64,000 nucleotides of DNA, taken from Candidatus Krumholzibacteriia bacterium (GTDB lineage: Bacteria; Krumholzibacteriota; Krumholzibacteriia; WVZY01; JAKEHA01). The notes beneath the pieces were generated by a model. The model searched no databases and was not told where the DNA came from. It worked only from the letters and a program-made list of their open reading frames with translations. Every line of letters starts with the position of its first letter. Position 1 is the stretch's first letter. Below are positions 45,283 to 54,997 of the stretch, in pieces. The translations under genes and the position numbers were made by a program. The stretch spans positions 89,835 to 153,834 of the forward strand of contig JAOUHG010000004.1 of assembly GCA_029865265.1 (NCBI GenBank), given 5' to 3'.

Positions 45283-46983
45283 ATGGGCGGGGTTCTTCGT
45301 TTCTTCCTCCCTTTCTTTCTTCTCTGTGCATGTTTCGGTGCCGGTCGCGCGTTCGCGCGTGTCGTCATCAACGAGGTCTATTACGATCATCCCGGCGCCG
45401 ACGCCGGCTACGAGTTTGTCGAGCTGATCGACACCGATGGCGCTGCGGCGGACATCGGCGGTCTGACGCTCGAGTTCCACAATGGAACCGGAACCGGTTG
45501 GGTGGTGTTGTGGCGCGCGGAACCCGGCGTGACGATACGTGCGGGCGAGCCGTTCCTGCTGGGTGACGCGATGGTGTCGCCTGCCCCGGACGTTCTCACC
45601 ACGTTGTCGCTGCAGAACGGACCGGATGCCCTGCGCATCGTGGACGCGAGTGGCGCGGTGCTCGACGTGGTCGGTTACGGCGGACTGGACGATGCCGCAT
45701 ACACGGAGACGCGCGGTGCCGCGGTGGTCGCGGCGGGCATGTCGATTGCGCGCGTGCCGGACGCCAACGACACGGGCGACAACGCATCCGACTTCGCGGC
45801 CGCGGCACCCAGCCCGGGCCGTTTCAACGTCCCGCGCCGCGATGTCGCACTGGCGCTCGCGCCGCCCACGCCCGCGCTGCTGGGTCGCGACGCGCCGGGC
45901 GAGGAGCGCATTGCGCTCGAGGTGGTGAACACCGGCGTGCTGGCCGTCGACGCGGGGCAGGTGCGCGTGGCCATTGCCGACTCCACGGAGGCGGGGAGTG
46001 TCGAAGCCGCCGTGGTGGTCAACGCGGCCGTCATTCCACCCGGTGGTGCGGAGCGTGTGGAGCTGCGGGTGGCGCTTTCGCTCGGGTTCCACCGGCTCGC
46101 CGCCACCGCGGGCTATCCTGCCGACGAACGCGGCTTCAATGACACCGTGGTGTTGCTGCGGCGCGTCGGGCGGGTCCCGGTTCTGGTGAGCGAGGTGTGG
46201 AGCGCGCCGGCGCCGCAGTGCCCGCAGTTCGTGGAGGTATTCAACGCCGGCGACGCGCCGGTGGACGTGGGCGGTTGGCGGTTGCGGGACATGCGCGCGC
46301 AACCGGTTCCCATTGCGGCGGACTCGCTGGTCATCGCACCGCGCGGCTTCCTCGCCGTATCCGCGAGCCCGGCGGCACTCATCGCGTGCGTCCCGCAGAC
46401 GCCGCCGGGTTCGGTGGTGGGGGTGGACGGATCGTGGCCGTCGTTCAACCGCTCGGGCAGCGGGGTTGCGGACAGCGTCGTCGTGTCCGACCGGCACGGG
46501 ATCCCGGTGGAGGCGGTCGCGTATCCGCCGCTTCCCACCGGCATCAGCGGCGTGAGCATCGAGCGCGTCGACCTCTACCCGGGCGCGCGCGCCCCGGTGT
46601 GGCGCCTCTCACCCGCCGCGCAGGGTTGCTCGCCCGGGCGTCCCAACGGCGCGTCGCTCTACGACCCGCCGGTGGAAGGCGAACTCGACGTCGAACCCAA
46701 TCCGTTCGCGCCCGCGCGCGGCGACGTGCTGCGCATCGCCGTGGCGGCCGGGGCCGGTGTGGCGCGGGTGGTGGTTTCGGTATTCGATATGACGGGGCGC
46801 CGTGTGGCCGACGTCGGCAGCGCGTTCGCGCTGCCGGCCGTGTTCCTGTGGGACGGGCGCGACCGCAGCGGACACACGGTTCGTCCCGGTCTGTACGTGG
46901 TGGCGTGCGAAGAACTCCTGGCCGACGGCACGCGGGGGACGGTGCAGAAGGTGGTGGTGGGGTGTGCGGGCGCGGCACGGTAG
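45283..46983 (+). CDS. secreted protein with two lamin-tail (LTD) domains and T9SS-CTD-like C-terminus
   Basis: Signal peptide FLPFFLLCACFGAGRAFA. INEVYYDHPGADAGYEFVELIDTDGAAADIGGLTL and VLVSEVWSAP...QFVEVFNAGDAPVDVGGWRL are LTD signatures. C-terminus DVEPNPFAPARGDVLRI...VFLWDGRDRSGHTVRPGLYVVACEE. Confidence 0.7.
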   Translation: MGGVLRFFLPFFLLCACFGAGRAFARVVINEVYYDHPGADAGYEFVELIDTDGAAADIGGLTLEFHNGTGTGWVVLWRAEPGVTIRAGEPFLLGDAMVSPAPDVLTTLSLQNGPDALRIVDASGAVLDVVGYGGLDDAAYTETRGAAVVAAGMSIARVPDANDTGDNASDFAAAAPSPGRFNVPRRDVALALAPPTPALLGRDAPGEERIALEVVNTGVLAVDAGQVRVAIADSTEAGSVEAAVVVNAAVIPPGGAERVELRVALSLGFHRLAATAGYPADERGFNDTVVLLRRVGRVPVLVSEVWSAPAPQCPQFVEVFNAGDAPVDVGGWRLRDMRAQPVPIAADSLVIAPRGFLAVSASPAALIACVPQTPPGSVVGVDGSWPSFNRSGSGVADSVVVSDRHGIPVEAVAYPPLPTGISGVSIERVDLYPGARAPVWRLSPAAQGCSPGRPNGASLYDPPVEGELDVEPNPFAPARGDVLRIAVAAGAGVARVVVSVFDMTGRRVADVGSAFALPAVFLWDGRDRSGHTVRPGLYVVACEELLADGTRGTVQKVVVGCAGAAR

Positions 46984-47725
46984 CGCGCTGCTCGCCGTGG
47001 TGGCCGGCGTGTTGATGCCGTTGTGTGCGCGTGCGCAGGTTCCGTTTCCGTCCGTGCTCGACCGCATCACCGCTGTTCGCGAATCATCCGCGCTGCTTGC
47101 ACCCGCACCCGGTGGTACCTGTGTCGAATTTGGCGATATGGAACTGTTCGGCATCGCCGGGTTGCGCCTGTCGGGGATGCGCGCCGGCACGCGTGTGGGC
47201 GGACTGCCGGTGGGGGTGGAGGTGTGCCGGATCGGCGCACCGGTGGGCTCGCAGACACGCGCGACGCTGCGCGTCGGCGTGGCGTCCGCGCGCTGGCGGA
47301 TCGCGGTCCGCGCCGGCGTTGAGTCGCTGGCGCTGACCGGCGCGGCGGGGGAGTCCGCAGTGGTTACCGCGCTGGTGTCGGGTGTCGCGCTGGGCGGGGT
47401 GACGATCACCGCCGACATGGAATCCCTCGCGGGAGGCACGGGGCGCGATGTCTTCATGACGATGGCGCTCGCCGGACCGGTCGGGGGACGGGCGCGGGTG
47501 CTCGCGTGCATGCGCTACGACGGACCCGGCGCGCTGGCGGCGGGTGTCGCGGCCGTGGTTCCGGTCCACCGCGCCCTGGCGCTGCTGGCGGGCTACGACG
47601 ACGGCAGCGAGACCGCCCGCGTCGGCGCCACCGTGACCGCCCGGCGCTGGGTGGTGTCCACCGGCGCCTTCCGTCACGCGGTGCTGGGGATGTCGCAGGG
47701 CGTGTCCCTGTCGGTGGCGTGGTGA
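46964..47725 (+). CDS. hypothetical secreted protein (possible small beta-barrel)
   Basis: GTG start overlaps the previous gene. Signal peptide SALLAVVAGVLMPLCARAQ. Alternating hydrophobic pattern. Ends ...SLSVAW. Antisense ORFs are Arg/Pro junk. No homology recognised. Confidence 0.4.
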   Translation: MRARHGSALLAVVAGVLMPLCARAQVPFPSVLDRITAVRESSALLAPAPGGTCVEFGDMELFGIAGLRLSGMRAGTRVGGLPVGVEVCRIGAPVGSQTRATLRVGVASARWRIAVRAGVESLALTGAAGESAVVTALVSGVALGGVTITADMESLAGGTGRDVFMTMALAGPVGGRARVLACMRYDGPGALAAGVAAVVPVHRALALLAGYDDGSETARVGATVTARRWVVSTGAFRHAVLGMSQGVSLSVAW

Positions 47726-49158
47726 CGGGCCGGCTGCGCCGGGGCGCGCTGCTCGCGTGCGTGTGGCTCGCGGGGTGTTCCGCCGCGCGCCCGCCGCTGG
47801 GGGGCACGGTCGAGGACACGCCGGCCACCTGGGGCGACGAGTACGAGGGGCTCCTGGCCGACACCGACCTGACCGATGCGGATTTTCACGCCGCGCGCAC
47901 CGCGTTTGCCGCCGACGCACTCGCGTCGGGGGAGGGGCGGGTGGTGCGCGCGACCGCCGCGGCCGGCCCGGTGGCGGCGCGCTATCGCGACTCCACATCC
48001 GGCAGGGCGGGGGCGATGGCGTTCAACACGCGCCGGCTGGGTGTGGTGGTGGGCGCGGTGCGCGCGTCACTGGGGGAGGGCGCCCTGCTGGCCGACGCCC
48101 GCGATGCCGCGGCCGTGCAGCCGCGCGGCGCGCGATCGGCGGACGGCCTGCGCCTTGCCCCGTCGTCGTCCACCTGGGGTTCGTCGCCCGGCGCCGGTGT
48201 GCGCGTCACCCTGGCGCAGGTGCGCCTCGCCGCCGGTGCGTGGCGGGACTGGGACGCGTCCGACGACGCGCGCGCGTTCGTCTCCGCCGGCGTGGTGCAA
48301 CCGCGCGCCTCCGTGTACGCGGCGGTGGGACGCTCGCGCGCGGGGGCGGGAGCCGGCTCGCTGTGCGTGGCGCACGTGTCGAGGTCGGCATTCGTGTCGG
48401 GCGAGATGGGCGCCGCGGCGGACGGCGCACGCGGCGTGTTGCGCGTCATCGTGGGCGAGGGGGGCGCGTGGCGCGCGCTCTTCGCCGCCGGAGCGCCGTC
48501 GGCGGCCGCCGACCCCGCCCCGGCAACCCCGGCATCGCGCTGGGGAGGTGCGCTGGAGCGGCGCTTCGACGCGGGCGGCGTGTCCGGGCGCGCCATGCTG
48601 TCGTCGCGCACCCGGCGCGACGGGTCCGGCGTGCAGCGGCGGCAGCGCGCCGAATGCGCCGGGTCGCTGGCGGCCCCGGGCGCGCGCCTGGAGGTTGGCG
48701 TTCGTGCCACGCGCGAGAGCGAAGCGTTTGCACCCGACCTGCTCGAAGGCGCCGCGCCGTTCACGTCGCACGACGAACTGCGCCTGCGCTGCTTGCTGCG
48801 TGCCCACGAAGACGCGGGCGACGGGTTGCGTGTGGAACAGTCGTTCCGGGTGGACGTCATTGTGTCGGGTACCGGTCCGGCGGGGCGGGTGCTGGCTTGG
48901 ACGGGGCGCGTCCGCTGGCGCGCGATGGACGGCCGTGTGCACGCCTCCGCGTTCGATCTTGCCCCCGGACAACTGGCGTACACCGGCCGCGCGGTCCTGC
49001 CCGGCGCGGCCACGTTTACGACACTGTCCCGCAGCGGCGTCGACCTGTCGGCCAGCCTGAGCCTGCGGCTGCCGCTGGGCGCCGGCATCGGTGTGCAGGG
49101 GATCCGCACCGCCGCGGGCGACGCGCGCCTCGTGCTGCAGGCCGCGCTGACACGCTGA
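47722..49158 (+). CDS. hypothetical lipoprotein, Ala/Arg/Gly-rich
   Basis: GTG overlaps the previous TGA (GTGA). Lipobox ALLACVWLAGCSA. No recognisable domain. Coding status rests on the ORF length and the signal peptide only. Confidence 0.4.
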   Translation: MTGRLRRGALLACVWLAGCSAARPPLGGTVEDTPATWGDEYEGLLADTDLTDADFHAARTAFAADALASGEGRVVRATAAAGPVAARYRDSTSGRAGAMAFNTRRLGVVVGAVRASLGEGALLADARDAAAVQPRGARSADGLRLAPSSSTWGSSPGAGVRVTLAQVRLAAGAWRDWDASDDARAFVSAGVVQPRASVYAAVGRSRAGAGAGSLCVAHVSRSAFVSGEMGAAADGARGVLRVIVGEGGAWRALFAAGAPSAAADPAPATPASRWGGALERRFDAGGVSGRAMLSSRTRRDGSGVQRRQRAECAGSLAAPGARLEVGVRATRESEAFAPDLLEGAAPFTSHDELRLRCLLRAHEDAGDGLRVEQSFRVDVIVSGTGPAGRVLAWTGRVRWRAMDGRVHASAFDLAPGQLAYTGRAVLPGAATFTTLSRSGVDLSASLSLRLPLGAGIGVQGIRTAAGDARLVLQAALTR

Positions 49159-49171
49159 CGGCACGATTCAA

Positions 49172-49200
49172 TTGACAGCCGCGGGCGAGGCTGCTAGTGT
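49172..49200 (+). promoter_or_regulatory. candidate promoter TTGACA-N17-TAGTGT upstream of aminotransferase gene
   Basis: Perfect -35 hexamer in the 123-nt intergenic region. Confidence 0.3.
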
Positions 49201-49280
49201 CATTATTTCAAGGGCTTACAGGAATATCACTGGTGGCTTAACCGGGCCCCAGCGGCCCGGATGCCGCGAGCCACCGCAGG

Positions 49281-50450
49281 ATGGAGATGCACATCATGAA
49301 ATTCGCGGAACGAATGTCGCACCTCGGGACGGAGACCGCGTTCGAAGTGCTGGCCCGCGCCCGCGCCCTCGAGGCGCAGGGGCGCGAGATCGTGCACCTG
49401 GAGATCGGCGAACCGGACTTCGATACCCCCGACAATATCAAGGAAGCGGCCGTCAAGGCGTTGCGCGGGGGCTACACGCACTACGGACCCTCCGCGGGGC
49501 TGCCGGAACTGCGCGAGGAGATCGCCGCCTACATCTCGCGGCACCGCGGTGTCGCGGTGGACCCGGCGCAGGTCGTGGTGACGCCGGGCGGAAAACCCGT
49601 CATCTTCTTTTCGGCGCTGGCGCTGCTCGATCCCGGCGACGAAGTCATCTATCCCAACCCCGGCTTCCCGATCTACGAGAGCATGATCGACTACATCGGC
49701 GCGCGGGGAGTTCCCATTCCGCTGCTGGAGAAGAACAAGTTCGCGTTCGATCCCGACCAGATCGAGTCGCTCATCACAAAGAAGACGCGCCTGGTGGTGA
49801 TCAACTCTCCGCAAAATCCCACCGGCGGCGTCCTGCCGCGCGAGACCATTGCGCGCCTGTGCGAGCTGGCGGTGAAGCACGACTTCTACGTGCTCTCCGA
49901 CGAAATCTACTCGCGCATGATCTACGATGGCGAACACGTGACGCCATATTCGTATCCGGGCATGCCGGAGCGCACCATCATCCTTGACGGTCACTCCAAG
50001 ACCTACGCCATGACCGGCTGGCGGCTCGGTTACGGCGTCTTCCCCAAAGAAATGGCGGTCAAGGTGGCCAAGCTGCAGACCAACTCCAACAGCTGCACGT
50101 GCAGCTTCACCCAGATGGCCGGTGTGGAAGCGCTGCGCGGACCCCAGGACAGTGTGGACACCATGGTGGCGGAGTTCCGTGCCCGGCGCGACCTCATTGT
50201 GGACGGGCTCAACGGCATCCCCGGGTTCAGCTGTCACAAACCCTCGGGTGCGTTCTACGTGTTTCCCAACATCAAGGGCACCGGCAAGACCTCCAAGCAG
50301 ATGGAGGACCATCTGATGAACAAGGCGGGCGTGGCCGTGCTCGCGGGAACCGCGTTCGGGCAGTACGGCGAGGGCTACATCCGTCTTTCCTACGCGAACT
50401 CGCAGGCCAACATCAAGAAGGCCATCGCGTGCATCAAGCAATCGCTCTAG
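49281..50450 (+). CDS. aspC: PLP-dependent class I aminotransferase (aspartate aminotransferase-like)
   Basis: GEPDFDTP...NPTG...SKTYAMTGWRLGY (PLP-Lys in SK(T/S)...G(W/L)R). About 389 aa. ATG 49296 is an alternative start. Confidence 0.9.
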   Translation: MEMHIMKFAERMSHLGTETAFEVLARARALEAQGREIVHLEIGEPDFDTPDNIKEAAVKALRGGYTHYGPSAGLPELREEIAAYISRHRGVAVDPAQVVVTPGGKPVIFFSALALLDPGDEVIYPNPGFPIYESMIDYIGARGVPIPLLEKNKFAFDPDQIESLITKKTRLVVINSPQNPTGGVLPRETIARLCELAVKHDFYVLSDEIYSRMIYDGEHVTPYSYPGMPERTIILDGHSKTYAMTGWRLGYGVFPKEMAVKVAKLQTNSNSCTCSFTQMAGVEALRGPQDSVDTMVAEFRARRDLIVDGLNGIPGFSCHKPSGAFYVFPNIKGTGKTSKQMEDHLMNKAGVAVLAGTAFGQYGEGYIRLSYANSQANIKKAIACIKQSL

Positions 50451-50462
50451 TGAGGTCTCTGG

Positions 50463-51740
50463 TTGAAAGTACTGGTGGTCGGTTCGGGCGGACGCGAGCA
50501 TGCGCTCGCGTGGGCCATCGCGCGTTCCGGCGCGGTCGAGGCCCTGTACGTCGCGCCGGGTAACGCGGGCACGGCGGGCATCGCGCACAATCTCGACATC
50601 GCCGCCACCGACGTCGACGCGCTGTACGGGTTTGCGCGCGAGCACCGCATCGATCTCACCGTGGTGGGACCGGAGGCGCCGCTCAACGCGGGCATCGTCG
50701 ACCGCTTTCGCGCCGGTGGCCTGGTGTGCTACGGGCCCACCGCCGCCGGTGCGCGCCTGGAGGGAAGCAAGGCCTTCGCCAAGGAGTTCATGCTCCGCCA
50801 CGGCATCCCCACCGCCGCCTTCGCCGTGTTCGACGACCCCGCCGCCGCAAAGTCCTTTGCGCGGTCACTCGCGGCGCCGCTCGTCATCAAGGCGGACGGG
50901 CTCGCCGCGGGCAAGGGCGTGATCATCGCGCAGGACCACGAAGAAGCGGACCGTGCGATCGACGGCATGATGGTGGAGAAGCAGTTCGGCGCGTCGGGCG
51001 GGCGTGTGGTGGTGGAGGAATTCCTGGCGGGCGAGGAAGTGTCCGTACACGCCATGTGCGATGGCGCGCGCGCGGTGTTGCTGCCGAGTTCCCAGGACCA
51101 CAAGCGCGCCTTCGACGGCGATGCCGGACCCAACACCGGCGGCATGGGTGCCATCGCACCGGTGCCGTGGATGACGCCGGAGCACTTGGCGCTCGTGCGC
51201 CGTACGGTGATTGAGCCGGTGCTCGAGGGCATGATCGCGGCAGGGACGCCGTTCACGGGCACGCTCTACGCGGGCCTGATGTGGACGGCGGACGGGCCGA
51301 AGGTGCTGGAGTTCAACACGCGCTTCGGCGATCCGGAAACCGAGGTGCTGATGCCGTTGCTGGCCGGGGATGTGGCGGCGTTGTTCCTCGCCGCCGCCTC
51401 GGGACGGTTGCCGGACGAGGTGCCCACGCGGCCGGGTGCCGCGGCCACCGTGGTGGTGGCGTCGCGCGGGTACCCGGAGAACTACCGCAAGGGGCTGCCC
51501 ATCGGGGGACTCGACGCGATCGGCGGGGATGATTGCGCGGTGTTTCATGCCGGCACCCGGCGCGCGCCGGATGGCACCGTTGTCACCGCCGGCGGCAGGG
51601 TGCTGGCGGTGACGGGATGGGCGGGCGACCTGCGCGGGGCGCTGCGCGTCGCCTACGACGGCGTCGCGCGCGTACAATTTGACGGCGCGTTCTGGCGTTC
51701 GGATATTGGGCGCCGGCACGTGGCCGCAGACAAGACCTGA
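50463..51740 (+). CDS. purD: phosphoribosylamine--glycine ligase
   Basis: MKVLVVGSGGREHALAW...LVIKADGLAAGKGV...EEFL.GEE.S...GPNTGGMGA...EFN.RFGDPE. Confidence 0.9.
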   Translation: MKVLVVGSGGREHALAWAIARSGAVEALYVAPGNAGTAGIAHNLDIAATDVDALYGFAREHRIDLTVVGPEAPLNAGIVDRFRAGGLVCYGPTAAGARLEGSKAFAKEFMLRHGIPTAAFAVFDDPAAAKSFARSLAAPLVIKADGLAAGKGVIIAQDHEEADRAIDGMMVEKQFGASGGRVVVEEFLAGEEVSVHAMCDGARAVLLPSSQDHKRAFDGDAGPNTGGMGAIAPVPWMTPEHLALVRRTVIEPVLEGMIAAGTPFTGTLYAGLMWTADGPKVLEFNTRFGDPETEVLMPLLAGDVAALFLAAASGRLPDEVPTRPGAAATVVVASRGYPENYRKGLPIGGLDAIGGDDCAVFHAGTRRAPDGTVVTAGGRVLAVTGWAGDLRGALRVAYDGVARVQFDGAFWRSDIGRRHVAADKT

Positions 51741-51756
51741 ACGGAAAGGATCACCG

Positions 51757-52224
51757 ATGGCAAAGTCACCCACCGTTGCGATTCTGCTCGGGAGCAAGAA
51801 CGACGAGACCAACCTTCGACCCACCACCGACCTGCTCGACCGATTCGGTATCGACTGGGAACTGCGCGTGATCTCCGCGCACCGTCAGCCGGAGGCGTTG
51901 CACGAATACGTGCGCGCGGCGGACAAGGGCGGCACGAAACTCTTCATCGCCGCGGCGGGTCTGAGCGCGGCGCTGCCCGGTGTCATCGGTTCCATCTCTT
52001 CGCGTCCGGTGATCGGACTTCCCATCCCGGGCGGTGCGCTCAACGGTATCGACGCGCTGCTGTCCATGGTGCAGATGCCCGGCGGGATCCCGGTGGCGAC
52101 GGTGGGCGTGGGTTCCAACGGTGCCAAGAACGCGGCCATTCTGGCCGCTCAGATTCTCGCGCTCTCCAACGACGCGGTGGCGCACAAGCTCGCGGCCTAC
52201 CGCGACGAACTGCGGAACGGATAA
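51757..52224 (+). CDS. purE: N5-carboxyaminoimidazole ribonucleotide mutase
   Basis: VAILLGSKNDE...AAGLSAALPGV....PVIGLPIPGGALNGIDALLSMVQMPGGIPVATVG. Confidence 0.9.
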   Translation: MAKSPTVAILLGSKNDETNLRPTTDLLDRFGIDWELRVISAHRQPEALHEYVRAADKGGTKLFIAAAGLSAALPGVIGSISSRPVIGLPIPGGALNGIDALLSMVQMPGGIPVATVGVGSNGAKNAAILAAQILALSNDAVAHKLAAYRDELRNG

Positions 52225-52227
52225 CCG

Positions 52228-52851
52228 GTGGCGGGCAGGGCACCCATCGTCGGCGCCATCGACGACCCCCGCAGCGCCGAGCTGGCCTGCGACGCGCTGG
52301 TGCGCGGGGGTGTGGTGGTGCTTCCCACCGACACGCTGTACGGCCTGAGTGCGCGTCTGTCGGCGGAGGATGCGGTCCGCCGGATCTCGGCGATCAAGCG
52401 CGCACCCAACGACCGGCGCTACATCCTGCTGGCGTCATCCATCGACATGGTGGACGGGATCGTGCGCTCCTACGGCTGCGGCAGCCGCGAGGTGCTCGCC
52501 GCGGCGTGGCCCGCGCCGCTTTCGGTGATCGTGCCCGCGGGACCGGCGTGCCCGGCGTGGGTGGGGCCGACGGTGGCCATCCGCGTGCCGGCGCTGGCGC
52601 CGTTGCGCGCGCTGATCGAACGTGTCGGCGAGCCCATCGTGTCCACCAGCGTCAACCGCGCGGGCTCGGAACCGCTTGACGATGCGCACGAAATACGCCA
52701 CGAAATGGGGGGTGAGGTGGATCTCATCGTCAGCGGACTCATGGATGGACGCACCGCGTCGACCATCGTGGATTTGTCGGGGAAGGCGCCGCGCGTGGTA
52801 CGGCGCGGGAGCTACGCCTGGGCGGCTGGGGACGGGAAGCCTTCGAAGTAG
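52228..52851 (+). CDS. tsaC: L-threonylcarbamoyladenylate synthase (YrdC/TsaC family)
   Basis: VVLPTDTLYGLSA...RPL..ILLASS...PLSVIVPA...AIRVP...EPIVSTSVNRAGSEP. Confidence 0.85.
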   Translation: MAGRAPIVGAIDDPRSAELACDALVRGGVVVLPTDTLYGLSARLSAEDAVRRISAIKRAPNDRRYILLASSIDMVDGIVRSYGCGSREVLAAAWPAPLSVIVPAGPACPAWVGPTVAIRVPALAPLRALIERVGEPIVSTSVNRAGSEPLDDAHEIRHEMGGEVDLIVSGLMDGRTASTIVDLSGKAPRVVRRGSYAWAAGDGKPSK

Positions 52852-53675
52852 TGGTTCTTGTAGGCCTCGCAGTTTGAACACAGCAGAATGTCCCGGCGGC
52901 GGCCCTCGGCCAGCAGGGCGCGGTAGCGCCGGTTCAACTCCCCGTTCCAGATGTCCATGACGTGCTCGTGGGTGGCGTCGCCCACCACACCGCGCTCGTG
53001 TGAATCCCAGCAGCACAGCGTGGCCTTCCCGTTCACGTAGAAGAACATCTCCTTGAGCACCTTCTTGCACGGCAACTGCACCGGCTTCACCCCGGGCTCC
53101 CACGGCCACAGGTAGAGGTCGGTCACCACCGCGACCGCGCCGGCATTCGTCCAGAAGTCGACGAACGCCTCCTGTTCGTGCGTGTTGTAGTCCATCGCGA
53201 TCATGCGCACCTCCACATGGCCGGCGTTTCCGCGCTCGCGCGCCAGCTCCACGAAGCGGCGCGTGCGTTCCACGGTGAGGTTGTAGTCGAGGCCCACGCG
53301 GGACCTCGAAAATGTTTCTTCGCTGAAGCCGTCGATGGAGAAGCGGATGATGTCGATGCCCGCGTCCAGGATCTCCAGCGCCTTCTCCTCGCGCATCAAC
53401 TCGCCGTTGGTATTGATCTCGATCTGCGCCGTGTCATCCTTGCGGATGTAGCGCATGATCTCGCCCAGCCGGTGGTCGGCGAGCGGCTCGTTGATGAGAA
53501 AGGGCCGGTAGGTGATGCCCATGCCGCGCGTCTCGTCGATGATCTTCTTCCACAGCCAGTCCTCCATGCGGCGCGGGCGCCGCGTCAGGGTGGCATGCGA
53601 GCAGAAGGGGCACTCCGCGTTGCACGCGAGCGTGGTCTCGATCTGCACGAAGCTGGGATGGGCGGGCTGGATCAT
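52812..53675 (-). CDS. radical SAM / SPASM-domain protein
   Basis: CNAECPFCSH (CxxxCxxC). C-terminal Cys-rich CCWDS...CSNCEAY (SPASM-like). 3' end overlaps tsaC convergently by 40 nt. Confidence 0.8.
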   Translation of the reverse strand: MIQPAHPSFVQIETTLACNAECPFCSHATLTRRPRRMEDWLWKKIIDETRGMGITYRPFLINEPLADHRLGEIMRYIRKDDTAQIEINTNGELMREEKALEILDAGIDIIRFSIDGFSEETFSRSRVGLDYNLTVERTRRFVELARERGNAGHVEVRMIAMDYNTHEQEAFVDFWTNAGAVAVVTDLYLWPWEPGVKPVQLPCKKVLKEMFFYVNGKATLCCWDSHERGVVGDATHEHVMDIWNGELNRRYRALLAEGRRRDILLCSNCEAYKNHYFEGFPSPAAQA

Positions 53676-53708
53676 GGTGCGGCCGCGGCTGGCGCGGACC
53701 CCCGAATA

Positions 53709-54986
53709 TTACAGCCAGGGGAGCAGCGCCGCCATGCATTTCTCGGTGGCGCCGAGCTGCGATTCCACGTACGCGCGCGCCGCGTCCCCCGCCGCGAGGC
53801 GCCGATTCCTGTCGGTGAGGTAGCGGAGCAGTGCATGGACGATCTCGGGGGTGCTGGACACGGTGCCCGCCGCGCCGCGCGCAAGCAGTTGCTGCGCCTC
53901 GAACGAGTTGTCGTGACGCGGGCCGAAGACGACTGGAATGCCGGCGATGGCGGGCTCGATGACGCTGTGCACGCCGGTGGAGAAGGCGCCGCCCACGTAA
54001 GCCACGTGCGCGTGGCGGTAGGCTTCCGCCAGCACGCCCACCGCATCGAGAATCACGATGCGCGCGGAGCGATCCCCCCCACGCTCGCTCATCACGCGCC
54101 AGGAGAACCCGGTTCCCGCCGCCCACTCGCGCAATGGTGTGACATGGGACGGCACCGGTTCGTGCGGAACCAGCACCACGCGCACGTCGGGCAGCTCGCG
54201 CAACACGACCCCCAGCGCAGGCAGCAGGTAGAACTCGTCGGCCGGCCAGGTGCTGCCCGCGATGAGCGTGGGACAACCGTCGTCCGGGAGCTCGATATGA
54301 GTGGAGGAACGCTGGTTCCAGCGCTCCATGACGCGGTCGAAGCGGGTGTCGCCGGCGACGCTGATGCCGGTGTGACCCGGGGCCGCGTGTGCGAAGCGCG
54401 CCGCGTCGGCCTCGCTTATGGCCAGGATGCGCGCGATGCGCGCGTAGACGTCGCGGTAGATCCAGCTGGCGGGTGGGCGCAGCCGTCCGGAACCGGCGCT
54501 GAGGGTGGCGTCGATGAGCACAATGGGAATGTCACGCGCGTTTGTCTCCCAGATGTGGTTGGGCCACAGGTCGAACTTCACCGCGACCAGCACGCGCGGG
54601 CGGGCCACGGCCACGCAGTGGCGCATGGCGCCGGGCAGGTCGAAGGGGAGGTAGTCGATGAAGCGGATGGAGCCCTCGCCCACGGTTTCCCGCCGGCGCG
54701 CAAAGTGATACCCGGACGGCGACGAGAAGGTGATCATTACCGGCAGTTCGGGACGCGCGCGCTCCAGAGAAGAGATCACCGGTCGCGCCTGCTCGAACTC
54801 GCCCACGCTGGCCACGTGGAACCACACCGGCCGTTCGTCCAGCGCGCGCAGCGCATCCCAGCGGCCGCGCCATCCGCGCCGCCCGTTCACCGCCTCGCGC
54901 ATCTTGGGGAGAAACAGCGCCGAAGCGCGCGCGCCGGCCGCCCCCAGCGGGGCGAGCGCGTTGTATGCGATGCGTGCGCCGTTCAT
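53709..54986 (-). CDS. waaA: 3-deoxy-D-manno-octulosonic acid (Kdo) transferase
   Basis: From Met MNGARIAYNALAPLG...VWFHVASVGEF..ARPVI...ITFSSPSGY...VAVKFDLWPN...GSTWPADE...VPHEP...VGGAF. The upstream part of the 579-aa ORF is Arg-rich with no homology. Confidence 0.8.
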   Translation of the reverse strand: MNGARIAYNALAPLGAAGARASALFLPKMREAVNGRRGWRGRWDALRALDERPVWFHVASVGEFEQARPVISSLERARPELPVMITFSSPSGYHFARRRETVGEGSIRFIDYLPFDLPGAMRHCVAVARPRVLVAVKFDLWPNHIWETNARDIPIVLIDATLSAGSGRLRPPASWIYRDVYARIARILAISEADAARFAHAAPGHTGISVAGDTRFDRVMERWNQRSSTHIELPDDGCPTLIAGSTWPADEFYLLPALGVVLRELPDVRVVLVPHEPVPSHVTPLREWAAGTGFSWRVMSERGGDRSARIVILDAVGVLAEAYRHAHVAYVGGAFSTGVHSVIEPAIAGIPVVFGPRHDNSFEAQQLLARGAAGTVSSTPEIVHALLRYLTDRNRRLAAGDAARAYVESQLGATEKCMAALLPWL

Positions 54987-54997
54987 GCGTCCGCTCT

